DNA of 56,030 nucleotides from an uncultured Gammaproteobacteria bacterium (GCA_964194995.1 CAXMPS010000098.1:1-56030), one strand, 5' to 3'; counted from the stretch's first letter, positions 26,790 to 34,626 are shown. The notes: generated by a model from the sequence alone, not told the origin. Program-made: numbers and translations.

Positions 26790-27413
26790 CTAGCCGACCC
26801 CTACGCGGTCACCGCTCCGAGTTGTGTCGCTGGTCAGGTCTTGGATCGTCGATGTGGTTGATGTGGGATGATCGTTCCCCCGTTCTTCATCCGAGATATC
26901 CACCGGGACAATTGGATTCTCTTTGACCGGTCTCTCCTCGCCGGGTTCGTGGGGCGGGTCCACCACAACGAGGCGATCAGTACGTCGGATGTGAAGATCA
27001 CGAACCACCCGATCAATCCGCTGGGAGAGGGTTGGCTGAAAGTCGGTGACCACATCACGTGCCGCGTCTACATGCCAGACAATGACCTCATCGGTGGCGT
27101 CCCGCTCGAACAGCAATTCGACCTCGCGCACCCGGCGCTGAGCAGGCGCGTCGCTGTCAAAAACCTGGACTATTGGCTCCAATGCACGTTTGATCGGGTA
27201 GAGAAGGTCCCCGGGGACGGTGTTCTCGGCAGCCAGCGCCACAACCGGTACCAACAGCACAAGCACCAGGCCCAAGGCCAGCACCCGTCCACGTCCCCAT
27301 GACCCCTGCCCCCGAGCTGCGAGTGCTGCACTAACAACACCGAGATGCTTCTCGCGGGTGACCCCATCAACTATGACTCGAGCCTCATCGAGTTCGGGGA
27401 ATCGGTTGCTCAT
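26790..27413 (-). CDS. Putative anti-sigma factor (single TM, DUF5667-like extracytoplasmic domain)
   Basis: ATGA overlap with the ECF sigma gene, one TM segment (VLALGLVLVLLVPVVALAA), and a PGDLLYPIKRALE motif after the TM. Confidence 0.6.
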   Translation of the reverse strand: MSNRFPELDEARVIVDGVTREKHLGVVSAALAARGQGSWGRGRVLALGLVLVLLVPVVALAAENTVPGDLLYPIKRALEPIVQVFDSDAPAQRRVREVELLFERDATDEVIVWHVDAARDVVTDFQPTLSQRIDRVVRDLHIRRTDRLVVVDPPHEPGEERPVKENPIVPVDISDEERGNDHPTSTTSTIQDLTSDTTRSGDRVGVG

Positions 27414-28015
27414 GACTCTGCCTCCTGGTTCCCATCCAGAAAGTTTCGCAACCTGGTCTCAGCTCTACTGAGAACGGCATAAGTCGCCCTGCGGGTCGAC
27501 CCCATCACCGTGGCGATTTCATCAACGGAAAGACCCACCACATGTCTGAGCAACACGACAGTTCGATGTCTCTTCCTCAACTCGTTCAGGGCTGCCTCAA
27601 GGGAAGGGTCAAGGTGGTCGGCTAACGGGTCCGCGATCACTTCTGAGTCGGGGATGACCTCGTACGGAATCTCGGGCCGACGCGACCGTCGCCGATACTC
27701 ATCGAGACACCCATATCGGACGCTTCTGAAGAGCCATGCCCGTAGTGCACGCCCGTCACCTTTGATCTTGTGGGCGCCCTTGACCAGCTCGACGAACGCC
27801 TGCTGGACAACGTCCTCGGCGGTCTTTCGATCACTGAGCATGCCAAAAGCAAACGAGGTCAGGTCGTCAGCCGTGGCGTCGTAGACCGCCCGGAAGGCCG
27901 TTTCCGACCTGGTCCGGATCCCGGCGACATGAGCGTCGAGGGGGTGCGAGACCGTTTCGGTCAGACCAGTGATCAACACTCCCGACGTCGGAAGATCGAT
28001 GGTGAGCGAGGACAT
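27410..28015 (-). CDS. ECF (group 4) RNA polymerase sigma factor
   Basis: Region 2 (DVVQQAFVELV ... RAWLFRSVRYGCLDEYRR) and region 4 (LSVDEIATVMGSTRRATYAVLSRAETRLR). Confidence 0.9.
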   Translation of the reverse strand: MSSLTIDLPTSGVLITGLTETVSHPLDAHVAGIRTRSETAFRAVYDATADDLTSFAFGMLSDRKTAEDVVQQAFVELVKGAHKIKGDGRALRAWLFRSVRYGCLDEYRRRSRRPEIPYEVIPDSEVIADPLADHLDPSLEAALNELRKRHRTVVLLRHVVGLSVDEIATVMGSTRRATYAVLSRAETRLRNFLDGNQEAES

Positions 28016-28027
28016 GTCATTCGTTGA

Positions 28028-28429
28028 TTACAGCCATCCGAGCCAATGGAGAAGCCTCACCAGCTTCTCCCACTCGTGGGCCTTAATCAAGCGCCAAATC
28101 AGTTTGCGAACATTGAAATCGTGCGGGCGTTCGTCTTCGATGCAACGCCTCGGATGATCAGCAGCAGTCAGACAGCGATCCGTGGGCCTGTCGTCTACAC
28201 ACGGTCTGTCGGTGAGCCGCTGGATGCACCGGTCGGTTGGTTGGTCAGTTGGGCGATCGATCGGCTTGTCTGTCGGTCGATCCACCGGTCTGTCGAGAGG
28301 TCTTTCCCCAAGATGATCCCGTGTCACCGTCTCACCCCTCGTCGCATCTTCTGCCAGCGCCGTTCCCGGGAGGGCGGCCATCAACCCCACCGCCAGTGTG
28401 GCAATAATCAGTCGTTTCCTGGCTCGCAT
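28028..28429 (-). CDS. Small secreted protein with tandem DRPxD repeats, 4 Cys and a Trp-rich amphipathic C-terminus
   Basis: The ATG at 28429 follows AGGAGA. Signal peptide MRARKRLIIATLAVGLMAALPGTALA, then the repeats DRPVDRPTDKPIDRPTDQPTDR. It is the first gene of the sigma/anti-sigma operon. Confidence 0.6.
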   Translation of the reverse strand: MRARKRLIIATLAVGLMAALPGTALAEDATRGETVTRDHLGERPLDRPVDRPTDKPIDRPTDQPTDRCIQRLTDRPCVDDRPTDRCLTAADHPRRCIEDERPHDFNVRKLIWRLIKAHEWEKLVRLLHWLGWL

Positions 28430-28488
28430 GGGTCTCCTGGTCTTGGTCACCAGTAGAGACGCCGCGGCGCACCCGAATTCCACGTTCA

Positions 28489-28531
28489 AGATGAGCGGAT
28501 TGTGACCGGATACGGTCCGTACTACCTGAGG
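28489..28531 (+). repeat. 43-nt interspersed intergenic element, copy C
   Basis: AGATGAGCGGATTGTGACCGGATACGGTCCGTACTACCTGAGG, located 115 nt upstream of the 28647 gene. Confidence 0.9.
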
Positions 28532-28646
28532 TATGCGGTTCTAGCTGTTGAGGGGGTGGTTGACACCCCAGGCTCATCAACTGAGGTGAAACCACAGACA
28601 GGAGCAAACGACTGATAATTTCGTTGGTGTCCCAACCGGAGAAGAG

Positions 28647-30287
28647 ATGCGAGGACCGATGATCGTCCTAGTGGTATCGATGTTCATCGGTGCTCTTGCC
28701 GGCCCAGCAGTGGCCCAGGACCAGCAGTTCGTGAACCCGCTGGACGTGCTCATCGACGCCTTCGACGCGCCGGAGGGCATGGAATTCGTTTCACGAATAA
28801 TCATGGCGCCGATACCCGGGCTCAGCACCAATCCGGACCCGACCGGAGACTTTGAGCACACGACCGGCGAAGACCCGGGATTCACACCAGACCACATCGA
28901 CATCGTCGACACCTGGTCCCTGGACTTCGATGCCGGCCCGCTCAATGACGACTTGTTTGGCCCCACCGACCAGAACGGATTTTGGGCGCCCGCCGGACAG
29001 TTCGAAGTCGAGCCACCGAACTATGAGCCCTTCCACACCTTCACTGGCCAGGAGATCCACGACGGTTCTCAATTCGACGACGGCGCCATCCTTTTCGGAT
29101 TCACCCTGGCCGAAACACCGCCTCTGCCGGTTCCCGCACGCTGTGAATATGTGATCTGGATCAATGACCTCTCTCGAGGTCCGATCTTCATCAACCACCC
29201 TTCCTTCCCCAGGGATCCAGCCAGCGGGACCAACATCGCCTTCGGCCTACGTCTCGATCCGGAAGGTCAGGGCGCTACCTCGACATTCGCTTGGGAGTAT
29301 CAAGAAGGCTCAGGTTTCACTGACAACTTCGAAATTGATGTGCGGTCTTTCATCACACCGAATTACGTAGGAGTCATGGTTCCGACCAGCCAGATCGGCG
29401 AACTGGCCGCGGTCAACTTCTACAGCTTCTGCATGGAGGAAGGTTTCACATTCGAACCTGAGATGACGGGGGCCGACCAAACCCGGCTCATCGCCGTGAC
29501 ACTCGAAGATCTGGGCCAGTGGGCGATCGAAGAACAGGATGTGGTTGTCCCAACGACGACGACCATTGAGGAGACGACAACCACTCTCGTAGAACAGGAC
29601 ATAGGAGACACCACCGAAGCGGCAGCTGAAGCAAAAGAGGAAAGTGCCACGTTCCCTTGGTGGTTCCTGCTGTTTGCGGGAGGTCTCGGTGTCGCTATCG
29701 CTGGTTGGTTCGCCTTCACCAAGAAGGGTGATCCGTGCAAGAAGCTCCACGCAAGCTGGCTCGCGGCAGACAAGAAATGCGACGAGCTTCAGTCGGGCGC
29801 AGACGAGGCTGCCGATGAGTGCAAAGAAGCCGAACTCGAGCTCGAAAGTCTCAGCCAAGAACGCAAGGACTTGTGCAAGGCTTGGCCGCCAGCCTGCTGG
29901 AAAACTGAAGAAGGCAGCTGGATGGAGGACGATGACGGCAATCGGATGACCTCACTTGATGTTCACATGCGGAAAATGGCTCTGGGCGACATGTGGGACG
30001 ACTACAAGGCCCGAAAGTTGACCGCCCGCGAGGTCGAAGCCCGGTGGCAACAACTGGACACTCGAGAGTTCCGCAACGAGATGAAGCAAATGGACGGGAC
30101 CTACAAGGCTTTGCTCGAGGAGATCGACTCCAATCTCGAGAAGATCAACAAACAGTTCGACGATCTCTGCGACAAAGCGGCCGAGGCCCGGGAGAAAGCC
30201 GACAAGGCCTGTGCTTCCGCCGAAGCTGCAAACACGGCCTACGAGGAGTGTGTTGGTGCTGAAATCGCCGCGTCGGAAGCGCCCTAG
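28647..30287 (+). CDS. Hypothetical bitopic membrane protein: secreted domain, Thr-rich linker, TM, Cys-rich coiled-coil cytoplasmic tail
   Basis: Ribosome-binding site GGAGAAGAG, signal peptide, an ectodomain of about 290 aa, TTTTIEETTTT, a TM segment (FPWWFLLFAGGLGVAIAGWFAF), and a charged helical tail of about 190 aa with 8 Cys. Confidence 0.7.
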   Translation: MRGPMIVLVVSMFIGALAGPAVAQDQQFVNPLDVLIDAFDAPEGMEFVSRIIMAPIPGLSTNPDPTGDFEHTTGEDPGFTPDHIDIVDTWSLDFDAGPLNDDLFGPTDQNGFWAPAGQFEVEPPNYEPFHTFTGQEIHDGSQFDDGAILFGFTLAETPPLPVPARCEYVIWINDLSRGPIFINHPSFPRDPASGTNIAFGLRLDPEGQGATSTFAWEYQEGSGFTDNFEIDVRSFITPNYVGVMVPTSQIGELAAVNFYSFCMEEGFTFEPEMTGADQTRLIAVTLEDLGQWAIEEQDVVVPTTTTIEETTTTLVEQDIGDTTEAAAEAKEESATFPWWFLLFAGGLGVAIAGWFAFTKKGDPCKKLHASWLAADKKCDELQSGADEAADECKEAELELESLSQERKDLCKAWPPACWKTEEGSWMEDDDGNRMTSLDVHMRKMALGDMWDDYKARKLTAREVEARWQQLDTREFRNEMKQMDGTYKALLEEIDSNLEKINKQFDDLCDKAAEAREKADKACASAEAANTAYEECVGAEIAASEAP

Positions 30288-30338
30288 CCCTCAGCGTCTG
30301 CACGAACAGGAAGTTGATACCACTCTGGGCAGACGCAT

Positions 30339-30992
30339 CTAGGTGAGCTTCCAGAAATCCTCCGTGAGACCATGGTTGGCAAAAATGGCTTCTGCCGACT
30401 TGGGAGTCGGTGGCTCCCACTCCTCGTCCATACGACCGGCATACCAGTCTTTGGATAGGTCGAAAAAGGTCTGGACCGGTGCTGCGTAACCAAGATCATG
30501 TCCACTTTCCAGAAGCCATTGCTCGAGGCTGGCCTCCGACCGGAAGCCTTTGATATTCGCTCAAGTGAATCCGATGTCATCCCAGAAATTCCTCGGAGGC
30601 ACGAGGAAGTGAACAATCCCAGACGGAGTCACACGCCCGCCCTCAACGTTCCAAACAATTTCATCAGCCCCTTCAGACGCCCGAGCCTCACCGTCCCCAA
30701 GCAGGGCAAGAATCGCCAAGGCATCCCAGGCACAGTTGGCGTACCAGGACTGCGCGCCGATCACGGCTTGGTGCGAAGTCTCAATGCCAGAGAAAGGGTG
30801 TGCCATCCAGATCCGAGAACCGTCTTCGCCCAATGCAATGACGTGCTCGTCAGCGAGACGGTTGAGCGACGACACCACCTCGGGTGCATCCCAACCACGG
30901 GAAGTCGCAATCGCAGAAGCATCCACCCATGACGCGCCGCCTGCGATGAGGTTATAGATCTGAGCCCGAACCTGGCGATCGAAAGGCGTCAT
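30339..30992 (-). CDS. MerB-like (alkylmercury lyase family) protein with an in-frame TGA at 30561-30563: selenocysteine candidate or recent pseudogene
   Basis: The MerB-type core is WYANCAWDAL (Cys-x-x-Asp). The listed ORF stops at ...FWDDIGFT-TGA. The same frame continues for 73 codons (ANIKGFRSEASLEQW...GLTEDFWKLT) to the TAG at 30339-30341. The TGA aligns with the FCC(H) catalytic Cys region of MerB. Confidence 0.6.
30531..30548 (-). other. SECIS-like hairpin GGCUUCC-GGUC-GGAGGCC, starting 13 nt after the in-frame UGA
   Basis: Read directly: a 7-bp stem (one G-U pair) with a GGUC apical loop. The loop starts at nt +23 counted from the U of UGA. That spacing and loop are similar to what I recall of the E. 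coli fdhF SECIS. Confidence 0.4.
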
Positions 30993-31003
30993 GAACGCCC
31001 AAT

Positions 31004-32065
31004 CTATGGCGCCGATTGACCCTTGGCCGGCCTTCTCCGATCTAGGCCTGTGACAATTGCGGTGGCAATGATCAGAAGGAGCGCAACCATCCAGATCCAC
31101 GTGGCCGAAAACACCTCGACGGCCATGCTGTAGTTCGCTTCGAGCCCAACGCTGAGCACTTCGGAAGCCCCCATCTCCATCGCACCGAACAACTCCTGGG
31201 AATAATTGGCCTGAACGCCATTGGCCGTCTCTCTCAATCCGCTGTCGGTCGGCGGCTCCGTCGGGCCTAGCGGCACCGCTGCGAAGACGGTCGTCGTAGT
31301 CTCGGCAGTTGTCGTGGTCGTCGTGTCAGCCCTCGGCGGTGCGACTGGCCGCTCCGTGGTGGTTGTCATCTCCCGTTCCGTTGTGGTGGTCGTAGCCTGA
31401 GTCTTGGTGGTCGTTGTAGCCTCTTTTGGCTTGGTGGTGCTTGTTGTCGAAGAAGTAGTAGTCGAGGTCGTCGTCGCGACAACAAGTCCCTTGATCTCAA
31501 CGTTGTCCACATAAACCTCGCCTTCGAGCGTTCCGGTCACGATGAAGCGAATCCCGAAGCCCTCGCTGAGATAATTGTTGAGCCCCCTCTGACGGTGAAT
31601 GGCATTGCCGCTGAGATTCTGAAGATTGAAGTTGTCGATCGTTTTCCAGCTTTGGCCGTCTGTCGTGACCTGAATCGACAACTCGCCCTCCGACAGTTTC
31701 TCGTCGCCTTCAAGCTGAGCAACAACGTCAAAACACAGGTCTGCATCCTCGAAGAAGGAGAGGTCGGCATAACGTTTTGCCCCGAGGGTTCCCACGTCAC
31801 CGTGACCTTCAATGATCAAACACTTGTAGTCGTAGCAGCCACCGGTGTACACGCGAACCCTCCCTTCACCGGGTCCATCGTTCTCCCCAATCTCGAGCCA
31901 GGAGTTTTCCCAGCGAATCGAGCCGGCACTACCCTCATACGTAATGTCGGGGAACACGTCTTTGTAAGATTGCGTCTGTTCCACGGCGGCAAGTGCCACT
32001 GTCGACACCGCCATCAGGGCGGCAACGACCAGGACTCCGAGCAGGTGGCTAACGCTGCGTCTCAT
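31004..32065 (-). CDS. Hypothetical cell-surface protein: signal peptide, beta-rich (CBM/jelly-roll-like) domain, long Thr-rich linker, C-terminal TM anchor
   Basis: ATGA overlap with the kinase gene. An N-terminal hydrophobic signal, roughly 80 aa of poly-Thr linker, and a C-terminal WIWMVALLLIIATAIVTGL followed by DRRRPAKG. Confidence 0.65.
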   Translation of the reverse strand: MRRSVSHLLGVLVVAALMAVSTVALAAVEQTQSYKDVFPDITYEGSAGSIRWENSWLEIGENDGPGEGRVRVYTGGCYDYKCLIIEGHGDVGTLGAKRYADLSFFEDADLCFDVVAQLEGDEKLSEGELSIQVTTDGQSWKTIDNFNLQNLSGNAIHRQRGLNNYLSEGFGIRFIVTGTLEGEVYVDNVEIKGLVVATTTSTTTSSTTSTTKPKEATTTTKTQATTTTTEREMTTTTERPVAPPRADTTTTTTAETTTTVFAAVPLGPTEPPTDSGLRETANGVQANYSQELFGAMEMGASEVLSVGLEANYSMAVEVFSATWIWMVALLLIIATAIVTGLDRRRPAKGQSAP

Positions 32066-33459
32066 GCCGTCATCGCCCTGATCACCTCAGCCACCGACTC
32101 CGACTCGTCCGAATCCTCTGACTGTGCGCCCACCACCGCGGGCACACTGACTATGAAGTAGGTCTTGCCGGCGAAACGCTGGTAGGAGAGTTTGCCGTCG
32201 AGCATTGTGGTGAGACGCGACGCGATCGCCAGTCCCAAACCCACGGTGCCGGTGAGCAGAGGCTGGGCTCCCTGGTGAATAAACCGCTCAAACAGCTTCT
32301 CTATCTGATCTTCGGGAACACCAGGTCCGTTATCCCACACCTCGATGTCAACAGTGTCATCCGCTGCGGAAAATTCAACACCGATTTGGTCCCCTCCGTG
32401 GCGGGCGGCGTTGGACAACAGGTTGACCAGCACATGGCGGAGCCGAGCTCCATCTGTTTCGAGTATCGCAGCGGTCGGCTGGCGCTGGATTGACAAACCT
32501 GCCCTCTCGAAGGGAGTGATCGCACTCTCAACAATGTCCTGTAGGCGGGTCGTTATCTTCTCGATCTGAATACCGGTGCTCTCCATTCGGGATGCCGTAA
32601 GCAGGTCGTCGACCATGCGAGTCATCTCAGCCGCCTCGTTTGCGATGATCTGCGCTATCTCCTTGGTTTGAGCTACGTCTTCGGCGCCCCCATCGGTAAG
32701 CACTTCAGCGAATCCGTAGATGGATGTCAGTGGAGTCCGCAGTTCATGAGAAAGGCCCGCGATGAAGGAGTCTTTGGCACGGCTCACGGCACGCTCCGAC
32801 TCGAGCTCGAGCTGGGTCTTGAGTTGGTATTCCTTGACCTGGCGTCGAGCAATGAACCAGTAAGCCGCCACTGCCACTGCAGGGACTGCCAGAGTCAAGA
32901 TAAAAACGATGTACCCGTTGACTTTCGCCGCAGATGTGGTGTTGGCCGAGATGGCGCCTTGGATCGCTTCCTGCTCAGCCTGCAACGACTCGACCAAACC
33001 GATATACGCAGTCTCGCCATCCTCGAGAAGAATTGCCTGGGCAGCGTCTATATCACCACTGTCGAGTGACGTCATCGCCTCTTCGAGCGAGGCAAGGAAA
33101 TGCGTGAGAAAGGCGACCGACGGACTGGCTCCTCCTTGGGCTTCGAGGATCCTGAGTTCTGTATAAGCAGCACTTACCTGATTGGCGGCGAACGTCAGAT
33201 CCTCGTCGTTGGCCAGACCCTCATCTTCGAAGTCGGCGAAGGTGATGGCCTGAACCATCGCCGCCCTGGCCAAAGAGGACGTTCCCAAAGTTGCATTTGC
33301 CCAATGAAGAGAGGCGGCATTGCTCGCGACCTTGGCCGCACCTATCGAATTCGCGAAGGCGAGGCCTGCGACGAAGAGGACAAGCAGAAGAGATGCTCCC
33401 ATCGCAACGGCGATGGTGCGACTCCGTGCCTTCGGCCGGTCGCCCACGTCCAAGACCAT
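32062..33459 (-). CDS. Sensor histidine kinase with no adjacent response regulator
   Basis: Two TM segments flank a helical sensor domain of about 170 aa. H-box FIAGLSHELRTPLTSI and a HATPase_c domain (VWDNGPGVP, GLGLAI). Confidence 0.9.
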   Translation of the reverse strand: MVLDVGDRPKARSRTIAVAMGASLLLVLFVAGLAFANSIGAAKVASNAASLHWANATLGTSSLARAAMVQAITFADFEDEGLANDEDLTFAANQVSAAYTELRILEAQGGASPSVAFLTHFLASLEEAMTSLDSGDIDAAQAILLEDGETAYIGLVESLQAEQEAIQGAISANTTSAAKVNGYIVFILTLAVPAVAVAAYWFIARRQVKEYQLKTQLELESERAVSRAKDSFIAGLSHELRTPLTSIYGFAEVLTDGGAEDVAQTKEIAQIIANEAAEMTRMVDDLLTASRMESTGIQIEKITTRLQDIVESAITPFERAGLSIQRQPTAAILETDGARLRHVLVNLLSNAARHGGDQIGVEFSAADDTVDIEVWDNGPGVPEDQIEKLFERFIHQGAQPLLTGTVGLGLAIASRLTTMLDGKLSYQRFAGKTYFIVSVPAVVGAQSEDSDESESVAEVIRAMTA

Positions 33460-33578
33460 GTGCGTCTATCGGCATTTTTCTGACATTTCCTACATAGGCC
33501 GAACGCTTCATTGACCAAGTTCGGCGCAACCGTTTTGGTCAATTATGGCTTGACGAATTTACGCACGATCACGGCCGT

Positions 33579-33890
33579 CTAGCCGGCCGCGTCGAGACCC
33601 ATCCGGATCAACTCTGCAAGGGCATCCTCGTCAGCAGCTTCACCAGCAAACAAAACCCAGTTGGGCACAGGTCGAGCAGCAAATTCATACGGTCGCACTT
33701 CACTGCGTTCCATTAGTGAGGGATAGACGGCATCCGGAACCCTGACGAGAACATCATCGCCATGAATTGCTATCGCGAGCCGGTCGTCCAGCCAGAAAGA
33801 GGTTCCGCCCATGAAAGACCCTTCAACAACCTCACCTCGATCCACAAGGGACTGTCTTATCCGTTGTGAAAGCACCGATGTCTGCTCCAT
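33579..33890 (-). CDS. TfoX N-terminal domain-containing protein
   Basis: The pattern FMGGTSFWLDDRLAIAIHGDDVLVRVP ... RPVPNWVLF resembles the TfoX_N family. Confidence 0.6.
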   Translation of the reverse strand: MEQTSVLSQRIRQSLVDRGEVVEGSFMGGTSFWLDDRLAIAIHGDDVLVRVPDAVYPSLMERSEVRPYEFAARPVPNWVLFAGEAADEDALAELIRMGLDAAG

Positions 33891-33976
33891 AGCCCCGCCA
33901 ATCTACGTGTCAGCTCCTCGACGTTGTCTCTTCGCGGGGTTAGACACCGGTTCCGACAAGCTGGTTACACGGCTGA

Positions 33977-34411
33977 TCAGCTGTTCTCCTCCGAGCCGGG
34001 CTCCAAAAACACCACTGGAATCACCCGATCGGTGCGGGCCTGATAGGCCGCATATCCGTCATAAGCCTCCACGATCCTCGGCCACCATTCGACCCGTTCC
34101 TCAGGGTCAGCGGTGCGAGCAACCATCTGCATCTTCTTCCCGGGCTGTTCGACAGTGACATTCGGTCGGGAGGTGAGGTTGAGGTACCACTCCGGGTAGT
34201 TATTCCGTCCACCGTATGAGGCGATCACTACCAGTCGATCGGCATCTGTGAGGTATAGAAGGGGCACGGTATGAGCCTGCTCGGTCTTGCGACCAACCGT
34301 CGTCAATAGGAGCATGTCGTTGTCGACCAGACGTTTGCCGACCATCCCTCTGGTGCTCCGAAATAGAGCCCGGTGAATGCGAGACCATCGCCTCACGCTG
34401 GCGCCTTTCAC
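33977..34411 (-). CDS. Deazaflavin (F420)-dependent nitroreductase-family oxidoreductase (DUF385/Ddn-like)
   Basis: LLLTTVGRKTEQAHTVPLLY ... VIASYGGRNNYPEWYLNL ... EERVEWWPRIVEAYDGYAAYQ is typical of this family. Confidence 0.8.
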   Translation of the reverse strand: MKGASVRRWSRIHRALFRSTRGMVGKRLVDNDMLLLTTVGRKTEQAHTVPLLYLTDADRLVVIASYGGRNNYPEWYLNLTSRPNVTVEQPGKKMQMVARTADPEERVEWWPRIVEAYDGYAAYQARTDRVIPVVFLEPGSEENS

Positions 34412-34583
34412 GCGCCGAACTCATCGAGGTAACGATCGAGCCATTCATCGTCAAGGTGGCCCAGGCTTGGATCTACAGCCGGTTTGCTCAGTGCAGTCAT
34501 ACCCACAGGCTGGCACAAGATCAAGAGACGTCGATCAGGGATTGCCGCAAGACGTCTGGGACCGCCTCTGATTTACGACCTAT

Positions 34584-34626
34584 AGATGAGCGGATTTCGA
34601 CCGGATACGGGCCGTACTACCTGAGG
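34584..34626 (+). repeat. 43-nt interspersed intergenic element, copy D
   Basis: AGATGAGCGGATTTCGACCGGATACGGGCCGTACTACCTGAGG, about 72 nt upstream of the probable start of the first ABC ATPase gene. Confidence 0.9.

Noticed and set aside
26729-28531. The sigma cassette flanked by inverted 43-nt repeats as a bona fide transposon, and mobile elements in the window generally
   Set aside because: I could identify no transposase, integrase, recombinase, target-site duplication or tRNA attachment site anywhere in the window. I report it only as a bracketed cassette and not as a mobile element.
30294-30336. 8-bp inverted repeat GCGTCTGC...GCAGACGC between the convergent 28647 gene and the MerB-like gene, as a terminator
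   Set aside because: The 27-nt loop and the absence of a T-tract make it a poor intrinsic terminator. I noted it but did not call it.
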